DNA of 64,000 bases from a virus: positions 5,591 to 69,590 of the IMG/VR virus record IMGVR_UViG_3300010970_000144. One strand, 5' to 3'. The position numbers and the translations under genes are program-made. This document shows positions 18,331 through 28,400 of this stretch, one piece after another; position 1 is the first letter of the stretch, and the number at the start of each line of letters is the position of its first letter. The notes under the pieces are model-generated. The model made no database searches. It was not told the DNA's origin and saw only the letters and a program-made list of their open reading frames with translations.

Positions 18331-21300
18331 ATGATAATAAATACTCCTTTTAGTGGAAAATTAAATCTAGATGATGCAGAATACAGAGTCAGTAATAATG
18401 ATTATGTAGACGCATTAAACGTCACAAAAGACGCACAAGGTCGTGGGCAAGATAAAGTAGTTTCTAATATTTTAGGAAACACTTTGATAAGCTATAGTTT
18501 GCCTAGTGGGGTAAGTAAGGTTATTGGATTTTATGGAGATAAGGTAAGGAATAGGGCTTATTATTTTATCTGGAATAGTGATGGTTTTCATACCATCGCT
18601 TATTATGACTTAAATACACAGACTATTACAACCGTTCTTCAAAGTAAGACAAATAGTAATGGTGTTGACATTTTAAATTTCAACCCTTCTTACAAGGTAT
18701 TATCAGTTAATATATTTTACAGAGATTTAGAAGGTGACTTATTATTCTTTAATGATGGATATAACCCTCCTAGGGTATTGAATGTAAATAATTTGTATGG
18801 GACTGATTGGGTAGCTGATTATTTGCTAGTTGCAAAAGCGCCCCCAGTTATGCCTCCTCAAGTTACTTATGAGAATGATACTACTATTACTATTAATAAT
18901 TTAAGAAACAAATTATTTCAGTTTTGTTACAGATACGTTTACGATAATAACGAAAAGTCTGTATGGAGTTCAAAAAGCATAGTTCCTTTACCTCAACAGC
19001 CATCATTAACGCTGACAAATGACATAAGTGATACTTATAATTCAAGAATTGCTGTTAACTTTTCAACTGGAGGTCCTGATGTAAAAGCTATTGAGATTGC
19101 TTTTAGGGAAACTTTAAATAGCGGTACAAGTGACTGGTATTTAATAAAGTCGTTTGATAAGTCTACGCTTTCAATTAATGATAACGATATTCATTATTTT
19201 AGATTTTATAATGATTCTATATATAATCAAATTGATGTAATAGAAGCAGATCAATTACAGGACTGGGTTCCACAAAGAGCCAATGCAGCTGAGCTTGCTA
19301 ATGGTAATGTTTTATTATATGCTGGTATTTTGGAAGGGTATGATAAAACAGATGTTGAATTAGAGGCTACTACATATTCAACTGCATCAAGCTATTATTA
19401 TGACCAATGTGGTTTGTCTTTCTTTGCTTCTGTAAATGGTAATGATAGTGGATTTGGTACCACAATGGATATTTACCTTTATGGTACAGGAACAAATGGA
19501 ATTGATGGTAATGTTACTGAATTGAATAATGCAGCAGGTACTTATTATATTAATTCGTTTAGTGCAAGCGGAACTGATTTGAGTACATCTTATGCAACTA
19601 CAGGTCTTACTACTAATTATTTAGTAAGCGATATATTAGCTGGCATATCTGCTGCTATGGTTTTAGAAGGATATACTCAAGTTTCATTAGTTGGAAATAA
19701 GTTAACTATGAGCTATGCAGGTGGCTTTGTATTAACATCAACAGCTTTTGCTACTATTCCTGCATTGGATAATGATAATACAAGATTTGCAAATGTTTGG
19801 AATGGTGGTTATCAGTATGGTATTCAATATTTTGATGCGCAGGGTAGAACAATTGGTACACAGACATCACCAAGTGCCGTAATTAATACTCCATCAAGAG
19901 TTCTTACGGATGATTTTCCATTAGTAAATTTATCTATTTTAAATAGACCTCCATTATACGCTTCTTATTATCAAATAGTTAGGTCAAACAATACAACTTA
20001 TAATAAGCGTCTTTGCTGGGTAAGTGAATCAGCTTACACTTCATTACCTGATGGTGTAGATAACACCAAATTCTTATATATTGGAATTGGTAACATTCAG
20101 GAATATAATGACCAAATTAGTTCTACTCAAAATGTTGTTTCTTATAATTACACAGAAGGTGATAGGATTAAGTTTATTAGAAGATATGATGTTGCTGGGA
20201 CAGCTCAAAATATTACCAGCCAATTTGATTATGAAATAGTTGGTACTCTTTCTACTATTGAATATACTACAACAGCTAACAATAATACTAATACAGCAGT
20301 TGGGAATTTTCTAAAATTAAGATATCCAACTAGTGATATTGATGCTACATTCCAGTTCCCCGGAACAGAAGATTGGCAGCATTATGAAATATTGTTGTAT
20401 AATTACACAAATAACGCTTCTTCAACACAAAGATTTTTCTATGAGTTTGGTAAGCAATACGGTATTGGAGATGCAGGGCTACCGACAAGGTATCACTATG
20501 GTTTGACAAAACTCCCTAATGGAGGAGCAACTCTTGCTATTAATAACGGAGATTTGTTTTACAGACTTAGAAAAGTTCCTTACAGCAATAAATATGAATA
20601 CACGTCTGGGGTATTTAGTATTGGGGTTAGTGGTGCTTTTACATCAAGAAGCGTATCATTCCCAATAACAGTTTCTCCAACTATTGATAATTCATTATAT
20701 AGAATACAAACTGAGGCAAATGTTGATGTTGATTTAAGTGGTGGCGGTTATCCAGTTTGGTCTGATACAGGTTATTTTTTCTATAATAAGTCTACAACTT
20801 TACAGCAACCTGTTTCTATAAAGGGAACATTTAATATGGCATCAGATGGAACATCTCAGTTTTCTGTTTATGCTCTGATTTGTACTAATTTAGTTCCATT
20901 ATCTCCTAAAATAACTATTTCATTGCTTCCAATTGAAGTTAATGATATAAAACAAAACGTAGATACTACATTTACTATTGATAAGCAAATCACTGTTCCT
21001 CAAACAGGTAAAGTTTATATTGTAGCTAAATCTACAAATGATGCAGTTGGTTCTAATAACGTAATTGTTCAACCAATGACATTTGAGTTTCAGGTTTTAA
21101 AAGGATCTGAAATTGAAATTATTGAAAGTAGTTTTAATGATACATACAATTTAATTACAAATAGTAACGGAAGGCCTTCTGTAATAGATGAAAATGCTGC
21201 AAAAACATACTTCCCTACATTGATTAGATTTGGTCAAGCATATCAATCAAATACAAATCTTAATGCTACAAATAGATTTATTTACGAAGATTTTGATGAG

Positions 21301-22245
21301 TATGACAGGTCGTTTGGTGATGTATTGAGATTGCATGTTAGAGATAGATACTTAAAGGTTTACCAGAATTTTAAAGTAGGTAATGTTCCTATTTTGACTC
21401 AGATTGTAAAAGACGTAACTGGAAACCCATTACAAGCTAATAGCAATCAATTAATTAATAAGATTCAGTATTATGCTGGTGATTATGGGATTGGAGATGC
21501 TGCTACAAGCCTTGCTTGGAACAACTATGCAGATTACTTCGTAGATAATTTTAGAGGGGTAGTTTGTAGATTGGCTCAAGATGGAATTACTCCAATTAGT
21601 ATTACCAATAATACAAATGCTTTCTTTGTAGCCACATTGGCTGCATATAGACAAGATTTGAATAATGGTGTACCTGCAACAGGTGTGGTGTATTCTGGAA
21701 ATCCTTGTATATATGGTGTATTTGATGCTAATACCAACAAATACATTATTGCAATGGAGGAAATTAATAGGTATTTACCTCCTTCTACAACTACTACAAC
21801 GTCTGGTCCTACAACAACAACAACGACTAGTACTACTACAACAACAACGGCTGCTCCTACGACTACAACTACTTCAACAACAAGTACGACTACTACGACT
21901 ACAACTACGGCGGCACCTACGACAACAACTACTAGTACAACAACTTCAACTACCAGTACCACTACTACGACTACGGCAGCTAGTACAAACTTTATTATAA
22001 GTGCTGGGTATTCGGCTCCAAACGAATGTTCTGGTCAAGGTGGTCCGTACCCTAATTCAGTTTATGGGAATAGTTCAGTTTGGTATGATCCGGGAGGACC
22101 GTATGTGACTAGATTCTTTACTGATAGTGGTATGACAATACCATTTGATGGTGTTAATTTATATTATAGTGACCAAGATTCAACATTTGGAACTACATTA
22201 CAAATAGATACTGATGGATATGTAATTGGATATTTTTCATGTTAA
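18331..22245 (+). CDS. tail stabilisation/muzzle protein, N-terminal part with Thr-rich stalk
   Basis: GKLNLD..YVDALNV, LLFFNDGYNPPRVLNV, FCYRYVYDNNEKSVWS crAss-like muzzle motifs. Confidence 0.75.
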   Translation: MIINTPFSGKLNLDDAEYRVSNNDYVDALNVTKDAQGRGQDKVVSNILGNTLISYSLPSGVSKVIGFYGDKVRNRAYYFIWNSDGFHTIAYYDLNTQTITTVLQSKTNSNGVDILNFNPSYKVLSVNIFYRDLEGDLLFFNDGYNPPRVLNVNNLYGTDWVADYLLVAKAPPVMPPQVTYENDTTITINNLRNKLFQFCYRYVYDNNEKSVWSSKSIVPLPQQPSLTLTNDISDTYNSRIAVNFSTGGPDVKAIEIAFRETLNSGTSDWYLIKSFDKSTLSINDNDIHYFRFYNDSIYNQIDVIEADQLQDWVPQRANAAELANGNVLLYAGILEGYDKTDVELEATTYSTASSYYYDQCGLSFFASVNGNDSGFGTTMDIYLYGTGTNGIDGNVTELNNAAGTYYINSFSASGTDLSTSYATTGLTTNYLVSDILAGISAAMVLEGYTQVSLVGNKLTMSYAGGFVLTSTAFATIPALDNDNTRFANVWNGGYQYGIQYFDAQGRTIGTQTSPSAVINTPSRVLTDDFPLVNLSILNRPPLYASYYQIVRSNNTTYNKRLCWVSESAYTSLPDGVDNTKFLYIGIGNIQEYNDQISSTQNVVSYNYTEGDRIKFIRRYDVAGTAQNITSQFDYEIVGTLSTIEYTTTANNNTNTAVGNFLKLRYPTSDIDATFQFPGTEDWQHYEILLYNYTNNASSTQRFFYEFGKQYGIGDAGLPTRYHYGLTKLPNGGATLAINNGDLFYRLRKVPYSNKYEYTSGVFSIGVSGAFTSRSVSFPITVSPTIDNSLYRIQTEANVDVDLSGGGYPVWSDTGYFFYNKSTTLQQPVSIKGTFNMASDGTSQFSVYALICTNLVPLSPKITISLLPIEVNDIKQNVDTTFTIDKQITVPQTGKVYIVAKSTNDAVGSNNVIVQPMTFEFQVLKGSEIEIIESSFNDTYNLITNSNGRPSVIDENAAKTYFPTLIRFGQAYQSNTNLNATNRFIYEDFDEYDRSFGDVLRLHVRDRYLKVYQNFKVGNVPILTQIVKDVTGNPLQANSNQLINKIQYYAGDYGIGDAATSLAWNNYADYFVDNFRGVVCRLAQDGITPISITNNTNAFFVATLAAYRQDLNNGVPATGVVYSGNPCIYGVFDANTNKYIIAMEEINRYLPPSTTTTTSGPTTTTTTSTTTTTTAAPTTTTTSTTSTTTTTTTTAAPTTTTTSTTTSTTSTTTTTTAASTNFIISAGYSAPNECSGQGGPYPNSVYGNSSVWYDPGGPYVTRFFTDSGMTIPFDGVNLYYSDQDSTFGTTLQIDTDGYVIGYFSC
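21787..21989 (+). repeat. mucin-like poly-Thr tract (TTTTAAPTTTT)
   Basis: In-frame ACN repeats using mixed synonymous codons. Confidence 0.9.
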
Positions 22246-22269
22246 AAATAAAAAAAGAAATTAAATTAA

Positions 22270-22815
22270 ATGGCAAATACATTATATTTTCATCAAGATC
22301 CATTTACTATATGTTTTTCAGAGCCTGACAATGCTTTTGAATCATTTTATTCGTATCATCCTGAGTTTATGGGAGAGGTAAATACTACCTTATTTACGTT
22401 TAAAAATGGCGGAATCTGGAAGCATGGAACGAGTCCTTATTGTAATTTCTATGGTACTCAGTATAATGCATCCATTACCCCGGTATTTAATTCAAATTCA
22501 TTAGATAAAAAGACTTGGGTTTCAGTGATGGAAACAGGTAGCGAAGTATGGGCTTGCCCTGTAATATATACTCAAATGGAGAGTGCTGGCACAAGACAGG
22601 ATAGTGAGCTTTTAGCAACAGACTTCCAAGACCTAGAATCCGAGTATCATGCTTCATTTTTAAGGGACGCAAATAGTCCGGGTGGCCTGATTGAAGGGGA
22701 TAGCCTGAAGGGCAATTATATGGTTATAAAATTTGAGAAAGCAAGTGCAAATTCTTTCGTATATTTGAACAGCGCAACGACTAAATATATTAATTCGCCA
22801 TTAAATAATAGGTAA
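22270..22815 (+). CDS. tail muzzle protein, separated C-terminal part
   Basis: TICFSE..FESFYSYHPEFM..TFKNGGIWKH..NFYGTQY..GDSLKGNYM matches the usual C-terminus of such proteins. Confidence 0.65.
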   Translation: MANTLYFHQDPFTICFSEPDNAFESFYSYHPEFMGEVNTTLFTFKNGGIWKHGTSPYCNFYGTQYNASITPVFNSNSLDKKTWVSVMETGSEVWACPVIYTQMESAGTRQDSELLATDFQDLESEYHASFLRDANSPGGLIEGDSLKGNYMVIKFEKASANSFVYLNSATTKYINSPLNNR

Positions 22816-23312
22816 TGATTATTAGGGAAAATGACAATATAGTTGATAATTTAGAAGCAGCTATAATGGAATGTCCTAATGAATTAATAGACGCGCCGCT
22901 AGTTCATAAATTTACGGATGGTATGTATATTAGAGAAATATTTATGCCAGCCGGATCGTTATGGACAAGTAAAATACATAAAACGGAGCATCCGTATGTT
23001 GTATCTTATGGTAAAGCGGCTGTTTCAATAGATGCGCAAGAATGGTATGAAATAACGGCTCCTTATACTGGGATTACAAAGCCCGGGACAAGGAGAATTT
23101 TATTCATAATTGAAGATTGTATTTGGACTACATTTCACAGAATAGATGGAATGAAATCTGATTACAATGATTTGAGTGAAGAAGAAAAGGTGAAGATAGT
23201 AGAAAAAATAGAAGATAAAATATTAGAGCCGCATATAAATCTTATAACAGGTACTGATATTGGAAAAGAATATAGAAAAATATTGAGTAATACTAAAAAT
23301 TTAGAATTATGA
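22815..23312 (+). CDS. cupin-like protein
   Basis: HKFTDGMYIREIFMPAGSLWTSKIHKTEH. Confidence 0.6.
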   Translation: MIIRENDNIVDNLEAAIMECPNELIDAPLVHKFTDGMYIREIFMPAGSLWTSKIHKTEHPYVVSYGKAAVSIDAQEWYEITAPYTGITKPGTRRILFIIEDCIWTTFHRIDGMKSDYNDLSEEEKVKIVEKIEDKILEPHINLITGTDIGKEYRKILSNTKNLEL

Positions 23313-24064
23313 GTTTTGCAGCATTAGGAGTTGCTGGTACAATTGCAGCCGTAGGTACAGCTGGATCACTTGCTATGGGCGGTGTTCAAATGGCAAATGC
23401 AAACAAGCAACAAAAAAGAGCGCAAGCTGAACTTGAAAGACAAGCAGCAAATAATCCTTTAAAAAAAGAAAGTAAAGCTCTTAATGATTATTATCAAGAG
23501 GCTTTAAATAGATATAAGGAAAATCCTTATCAATCAGCAGCTTATCAGCAATCAATGCAAAATGCTAGAAGAACAACAGCTTCTGGTTTAAGCGCATTAC
23601 AAGATAGAAGGTCTGCCATTGGTGGAATATCTAGGCTTGGTGGATTAGAAAGAGGTGGTTCTCAAGGTGCAGTTGCTCAAGGAGAGCAAATGAAGGCTCA
23701 AAGATTTTCTGAATTAGGTAGAGCTACTCAAATGAAAAAAGGAGCTGAAGATGAATTATTTGATACTAATGTAATGACTCCTTATCAACGTAGATTACAA
23801 TTAGAACAAATGAAAGGAGCTGCTGCTGGTGAAAGATATAATGCTGGTATGCAAATGGTAGGACAAGGTTTAAGCAATGCTCTTTCTTATGCTACATATA
23901 TGGATAACCCAGTAAAGCCACAAAGCAATAATCAACAAAGAGATTTAAGCCAAGTTATGGCAGATGCTCAAACAGCGAAGATAGATCAAACTCTTAGCCC
24001 GTTTTATAGCAGAAGAAGAAATACCGGACGTAACGTACCTCTTGTAAACGCAAACATAAAATAG
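23309..24064 (+). CDS. putative ejection/internal virion protein
   Basis: Ala/Gly-rich hydrophobic N-terminus followed by Gln-rich coiled coil; after the tail genes. Confidence 0.6.
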   Translation: MSFAALGVAGTIAAVGTAGSLAMGGVQMANANKQQKRAQAELERQAANNPLKKESKALNDYYQEALNRYKENPYQSAAYQQSMQNARRTTASGLSALQDRRSAIGGISRLGGLERGGSQGAVAQGEQMKAQRFSELGRATQMKKGAEDELFDTNVMTPYQRRLQLEQMKGAAAGERYNAGMQMVGQGLSNALSYATYMDNPVKPQSNNQQRDLSQVMADAQTAKIDQTLSPFYSRRRNTGRNVPLVNANIK

Positions 24065-24068
24065 TAAA

Positions 24069-25406
24069 ATGGCAAGTACAGGATTATTGGGTGTGAACCC
24101 GTATAGAGGAGGAAATGTAGCAATAGATTTTACATCTAAGCCACTTCAATTAGCTATTAACTTAAAGCAAAAGGAACAGGCTAAAGCTGAAGCCGTAGAC
24201 AAGTACTTTAAGGATTGGGAGAAAAGTATAAATCCTGCTGGCTTATCTAAAGCCGAAGTTGATATTTTTGCTAAGAAATTGAAAGAAGTTCAAGAATTTG
24301 GTATTAAAAATAAACAAGCAATCAATAATCCTTCAAAATATGGATATGACGCTCAGTCAACATTAATGGCTGGCTTTAAAGATTTGCAGGGGTATATTGA
24401 GCAAGGTAAACAAGCTACCGCTGAAAGAAAAGCATTTAAGGATTATATCAATCAGGCTATTAAGTCTGGCAAACGCGTTTCTGATAATTACTTAGATGTA
24501 ATGAATAACGCAATGTTGCCTGTAGGGGCTGGTTATACACCTCCAGATATGATGCAGGTAGATATATATGATCCACATGATGAAAAGAAATTTACTACTA
24601 ATGTATGGGGTGGAATAAAATTGCCTACAAAAGAAGTTTTTGAAAAAGAAATTATAAATAATAAGCCAACAGGAAAGGTTATTAAAAAAACTTATGAAAC
24701 TTTAGATGATAATACAGTAAAAAATGCGATGCTAGGTGCTATTAACGAATATAAGAGCAATAAAGGAACAAAAGAGCATTTTGATGAATTATTTAAAGAT
24801 AAAGATTTTACTTCTCAAATAAATGAAAATTTTAGGAAAAAGTTTAATAAAGACATATCAAGTGGTTCTGATTTAGCTGTTGGTTATGCATTAACTCAAA
24901 AGCCGGGTGGATTAATTAAAACAGAAGCTGCGGAATATGATTGGGAAACTAAATTCAATAAAACACAGGCTGCTATAGATGCAAGAGCAAAAGATGATGA
25001 GGGGTATATTGATCCGGTTGATACATACCTTTCTCAAGCAAGGTCAGGTAAAACCTTTGCTGGGGCAGAAGGGGAGAATATTGAGGTTATGAATTTACCT
25101 GAAACTATATTAAAAGATTTAGGTAAGAATAAAAGGTTGGCAGTGGTAGGAAGAGGTCTTGGGGATGGAGAATATTATAATATTGTTTTCCAAAAAGAAA
25201 TAGATAAAAAAACAGGGAAAGCAACAGGGATTAACACAGATAGAATTGATTGGACAAAAACTGAAAAAATACCAGAATCTCAAATAAGAGCATCAACAGT
25301 ATCTCGCGCATTACCAAGTAATGCTAAGGTTGCATTGATACGCGGTAGAGGTAAACCTAAATCTAATCCTAAAGGTAGTTCGGGAATAAATTGGAATAAA
25401 AAATAA
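24069..25406 (+). CDS. putative internal virion (cargo) protein
   Basis: Helical 445-aa protein in the ejection module. Confidence 0.55.
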   Translation: MASTGLLGVNPYRGGNVAIDFTSKPLQLAINLKQKEQAKAEAVDKYFKDWEKSINPAGLSKAEVDIFAKKLKEVQEFGIKNKQAINNPSKYGYDAQSTLMAGFKDLQGYIEQGKQATAERKAFKDYINQAIKSGKRVSDNYLDVMNNAMLPVGAGYTPPDMMQVDIYDPHDEKKFTTNVWGGIKLPTKEVFEKEIINNKPTGKVIKKTYETLDDNTVKNAMLGAINEYKSNKGTKEHFDELFKDKDFTSQINENFRKKFNKDISSGSDLAVGYALTQKPGGLIKTEAAEYDWETKFNKTQAAIDARAKDDEGYIDPVDTYLSQARSGKTFAGAEGENIEVMNLPETILKDLGKNKRLAVVGRGLGDGEYYNIVFQKEIDKKTGKATGINTDRIDWTKTEKIPESQIRASTVSRALPSNAKVALIRGRGKPKSNPKGSSGINWNKK

Positions 25407-25418
25407 AAATAATAATAA

Positions 25419-28400
25419 ATGCCAGACCAGTTTGAACAATATTATAAGTATTTGAAAGCAAATGGAGCTGATGTGGCTCCTGATTTTAATTCATTTAAAA
25501 ATACTTTATCTGATTATAGTAATGCTTCTAAATATTATTCATATTTAAAAGAAAATCAGTTTGATGTGCCTGCGAATTATGAATCGTTTGCAGACACGTT
25601 TGGTTTAAAAAAAAAAGATGGTGGCATCGTATCTTCCCCTACAGAATTACCATTACAAGGATTTAATCAGAAGCAAATTGATTTGCTTAAAAAGGGGGTT
25701 GAAAAACCTATTCAATCGCTTTCTCAAAAGAAAAGTAGCGGATTAGTAGTACCTACTAATTTACCAAAGCAGGAAGCTCTTGCTTATGAAAATGAGTTGA
25801 AGCTAAATGATGTAGCGGTAAATACATTAACTGATATATATAAAAAGAAAGGACTAAAATTTGATCCTTCAAGACCTGCTGCTAAAAAGCAAATACAAGA
25901 ATACGTTGATAAATCTATCAATGGAGATTTAACCAAAGTAGCAGGCAAAGACGGTAAAGAATATTTAGTTAGAAGTCAAGGATTTTTAGAATCTGCTGGT
26001 GATTCATTTGTTAGAAGCTTAAAAGATCCTATAGAATCTACTGAAATTAATTTTACAGATAGTCCAGAAGAACTTGCTAATTTATTAGATGAAAAAATAA
26101 GAAGAGAACCAAATGTTCCAGAAGAAGCTCCTTCTGCTGTTTCCGGTTATTTAGGCGGATTAGCAGGCGGATTACCTAAACTGGCAGCTATTGCAGCTAT
26201 ACCTTATGTAGGTCAAACCGCAATGGTTGGTGAAATGTATTACAATGCCTTGGCTAATCAAAGAAGAGAATTATATCAAAGAGGATTGGAAGAGGGTATG
26301 GACCGCGTTTCAGCCGCAAAAAAAGCTATGGAAATAGCTCCCGTTTCTGCAATACCAGACGCATTAGTAGCGGCTGTTATGGCTAAAGGGGTTGGCGGTA
26401 AATCTGCTGGTGGTATAATACCAAATGCAGCTAAAGAGTCTTTCATAAAAGCCGCTGGCAACGCACTGAAAAGTGTTGGGCTGGTTTCTGCAACTGGTGG
26501 TTTTGCTGGGTATGAAAGGTCAAAAATACAGCAACGTGCAGGGTATAAGGTAACAGATGCGGAAGCAATTGAAAATGGATTTAGAGAAGCTGGTGACTAT
26601 GCCATTATGGATGCTGCTTTTAAGGTGGCTCACATAGGGCCAAAGTATTTATCTTCAGCAGCTAAAAATGTATTATCAACTGTTCCTAAAGAGGTTTTAA
26701 ATGTTGTAGCAGAAAAATATCCAGATGGCCAGAGAACATTAGATGAGATTCCAAAATTTGTTGAAACTAAAGCAAAGGTTCAGGATTTTGTTCCTGAAGA
26801 AAAATTAGCTTCGGTTACTGGTTTAACAGAAAAGACAGATAACATAAAATCTGAAATTAAAGATTTAGAGGAGAAGAAAAAGGCGGTTACTCCTGCAATA
26901 GAAAAAGAAATAGATTTAGAAATAGCTGAAAAAAATAAAGAAGTTGATTTCTACGACAATCAAATTAAGAAAGTAATAAAATCAAAAGACCAAACAGGTA
27001 TTTCAGAAGAAGTAGATGATGCTACTGGATTAAAAGCAGGAGAGCAGATTGTACCTAAAGAATTTAAGATAACAGAAGAAGTTGCTCCTACAGAAGAAGA
27101 AATATCAGTGTATCATGGTGGTGGTATAAAAGATTTATCTAGCGCAGAAGGTGGATTATTTGTATCGGCAGACAAAGGGCAAGCAGAAGCTTATGCGAAA
27201 GGTAATCAAGGTCAGGTTCAAGAATTTAAGTTAAATAAAAATGATATATCTAATGAAAATAATGTTAGAGAAATCATAAACGAATTAGGTTTAAAATCTA
27301 AAGAAGAAGGTTGGGATTTAAATGACTTAATGCTTCATGAGATAATAGATCCTAGATTTGAAACGTCTTTGAGCGAAAGTGATTTAAATAAATTGTTTAA
27401 AGAATTAGAAAAAAGAGGATATAAGGCCATTGAAATGATGGCAACAGACGTTTCTGGCAATCAAAGAAATGTAAATGATATACTTGTTTTAAATCCAAAA
27501 GAAACATTAAAAGGAGTTAAGCCTGCTGAAATTAAGCAACCAGCTAAAGAATTAGCGGAAGGTGAAGGTGTTACATTTAAGACACCTGAAGGAAGTAAGA
27601 TTACTGGTGAAAAAGTAGAAATACCGGGATATGAGGATATGGATTTAGTTTTGGTAAGGGACGGTTTTGAAAATAAAATATATGAGTTATCATCTGGATT
27701 AGAAATGGGTGGTACTCAAGAGGCTTTCAGTAAAGAAGATGCTATAAATTCTTTAAGAAAACAATTGCAAGAAAGAAATATAACTTCTGGTAAAGTACAT
27801 AATGTAATATTTAAAGGAGAAAAAGTAAAGCAGATTAACCCAAGCAAAAAGTTTGAAACTTATGCTGAAGAGAGAAAATCAAGGGAAGCCGCAGATTACG
27901 AAAAAATGCCTTTAAAATATTCTCCAGAGGAAATTAAAAAATTAGAAGAATTAAAGAAAAAATCTATTGAATTTGGTATTGATAAGAAAACTAAGGAAAT
28001 AGAAGATGCTATTGCATCAAGATCAAGGGAGGGTAAATTTAAGGCTCCTGTAACATATTTTGAATCATTATTAGATAAAGAAATAGAAAGGAAGATAAAA
28101 AAAGAATATGAAGTTAGGAAGGAGCCATACCCAAAAGAATTTATAAAAGAAATACCGACACCTACTCTTGAAACTATTAAGAAAACTGTTAATCAAACTT
28201 CTAAAAGGGATAAGTATGAAAAGATACCTGATGATATTAAAAAAATAATGCTTGAGGGGTATCAGAAAAATGTTGATATTTTAAATAAATACGGGTATTA
28301 TCCTTACGAACAAAGTAATGTTTTTTTTGATAATCTTTTACGTTTTATGGGTAATCTAGGCGCTAGAGAAAATAGAGAGGCAAGATTAATTGAGGCAAGA

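Noticed and set aside
21576-22000. Poly-Val (minus) and LLQ (plus) ORFs
   Set aside because: Shadows of the poly-Thr tract
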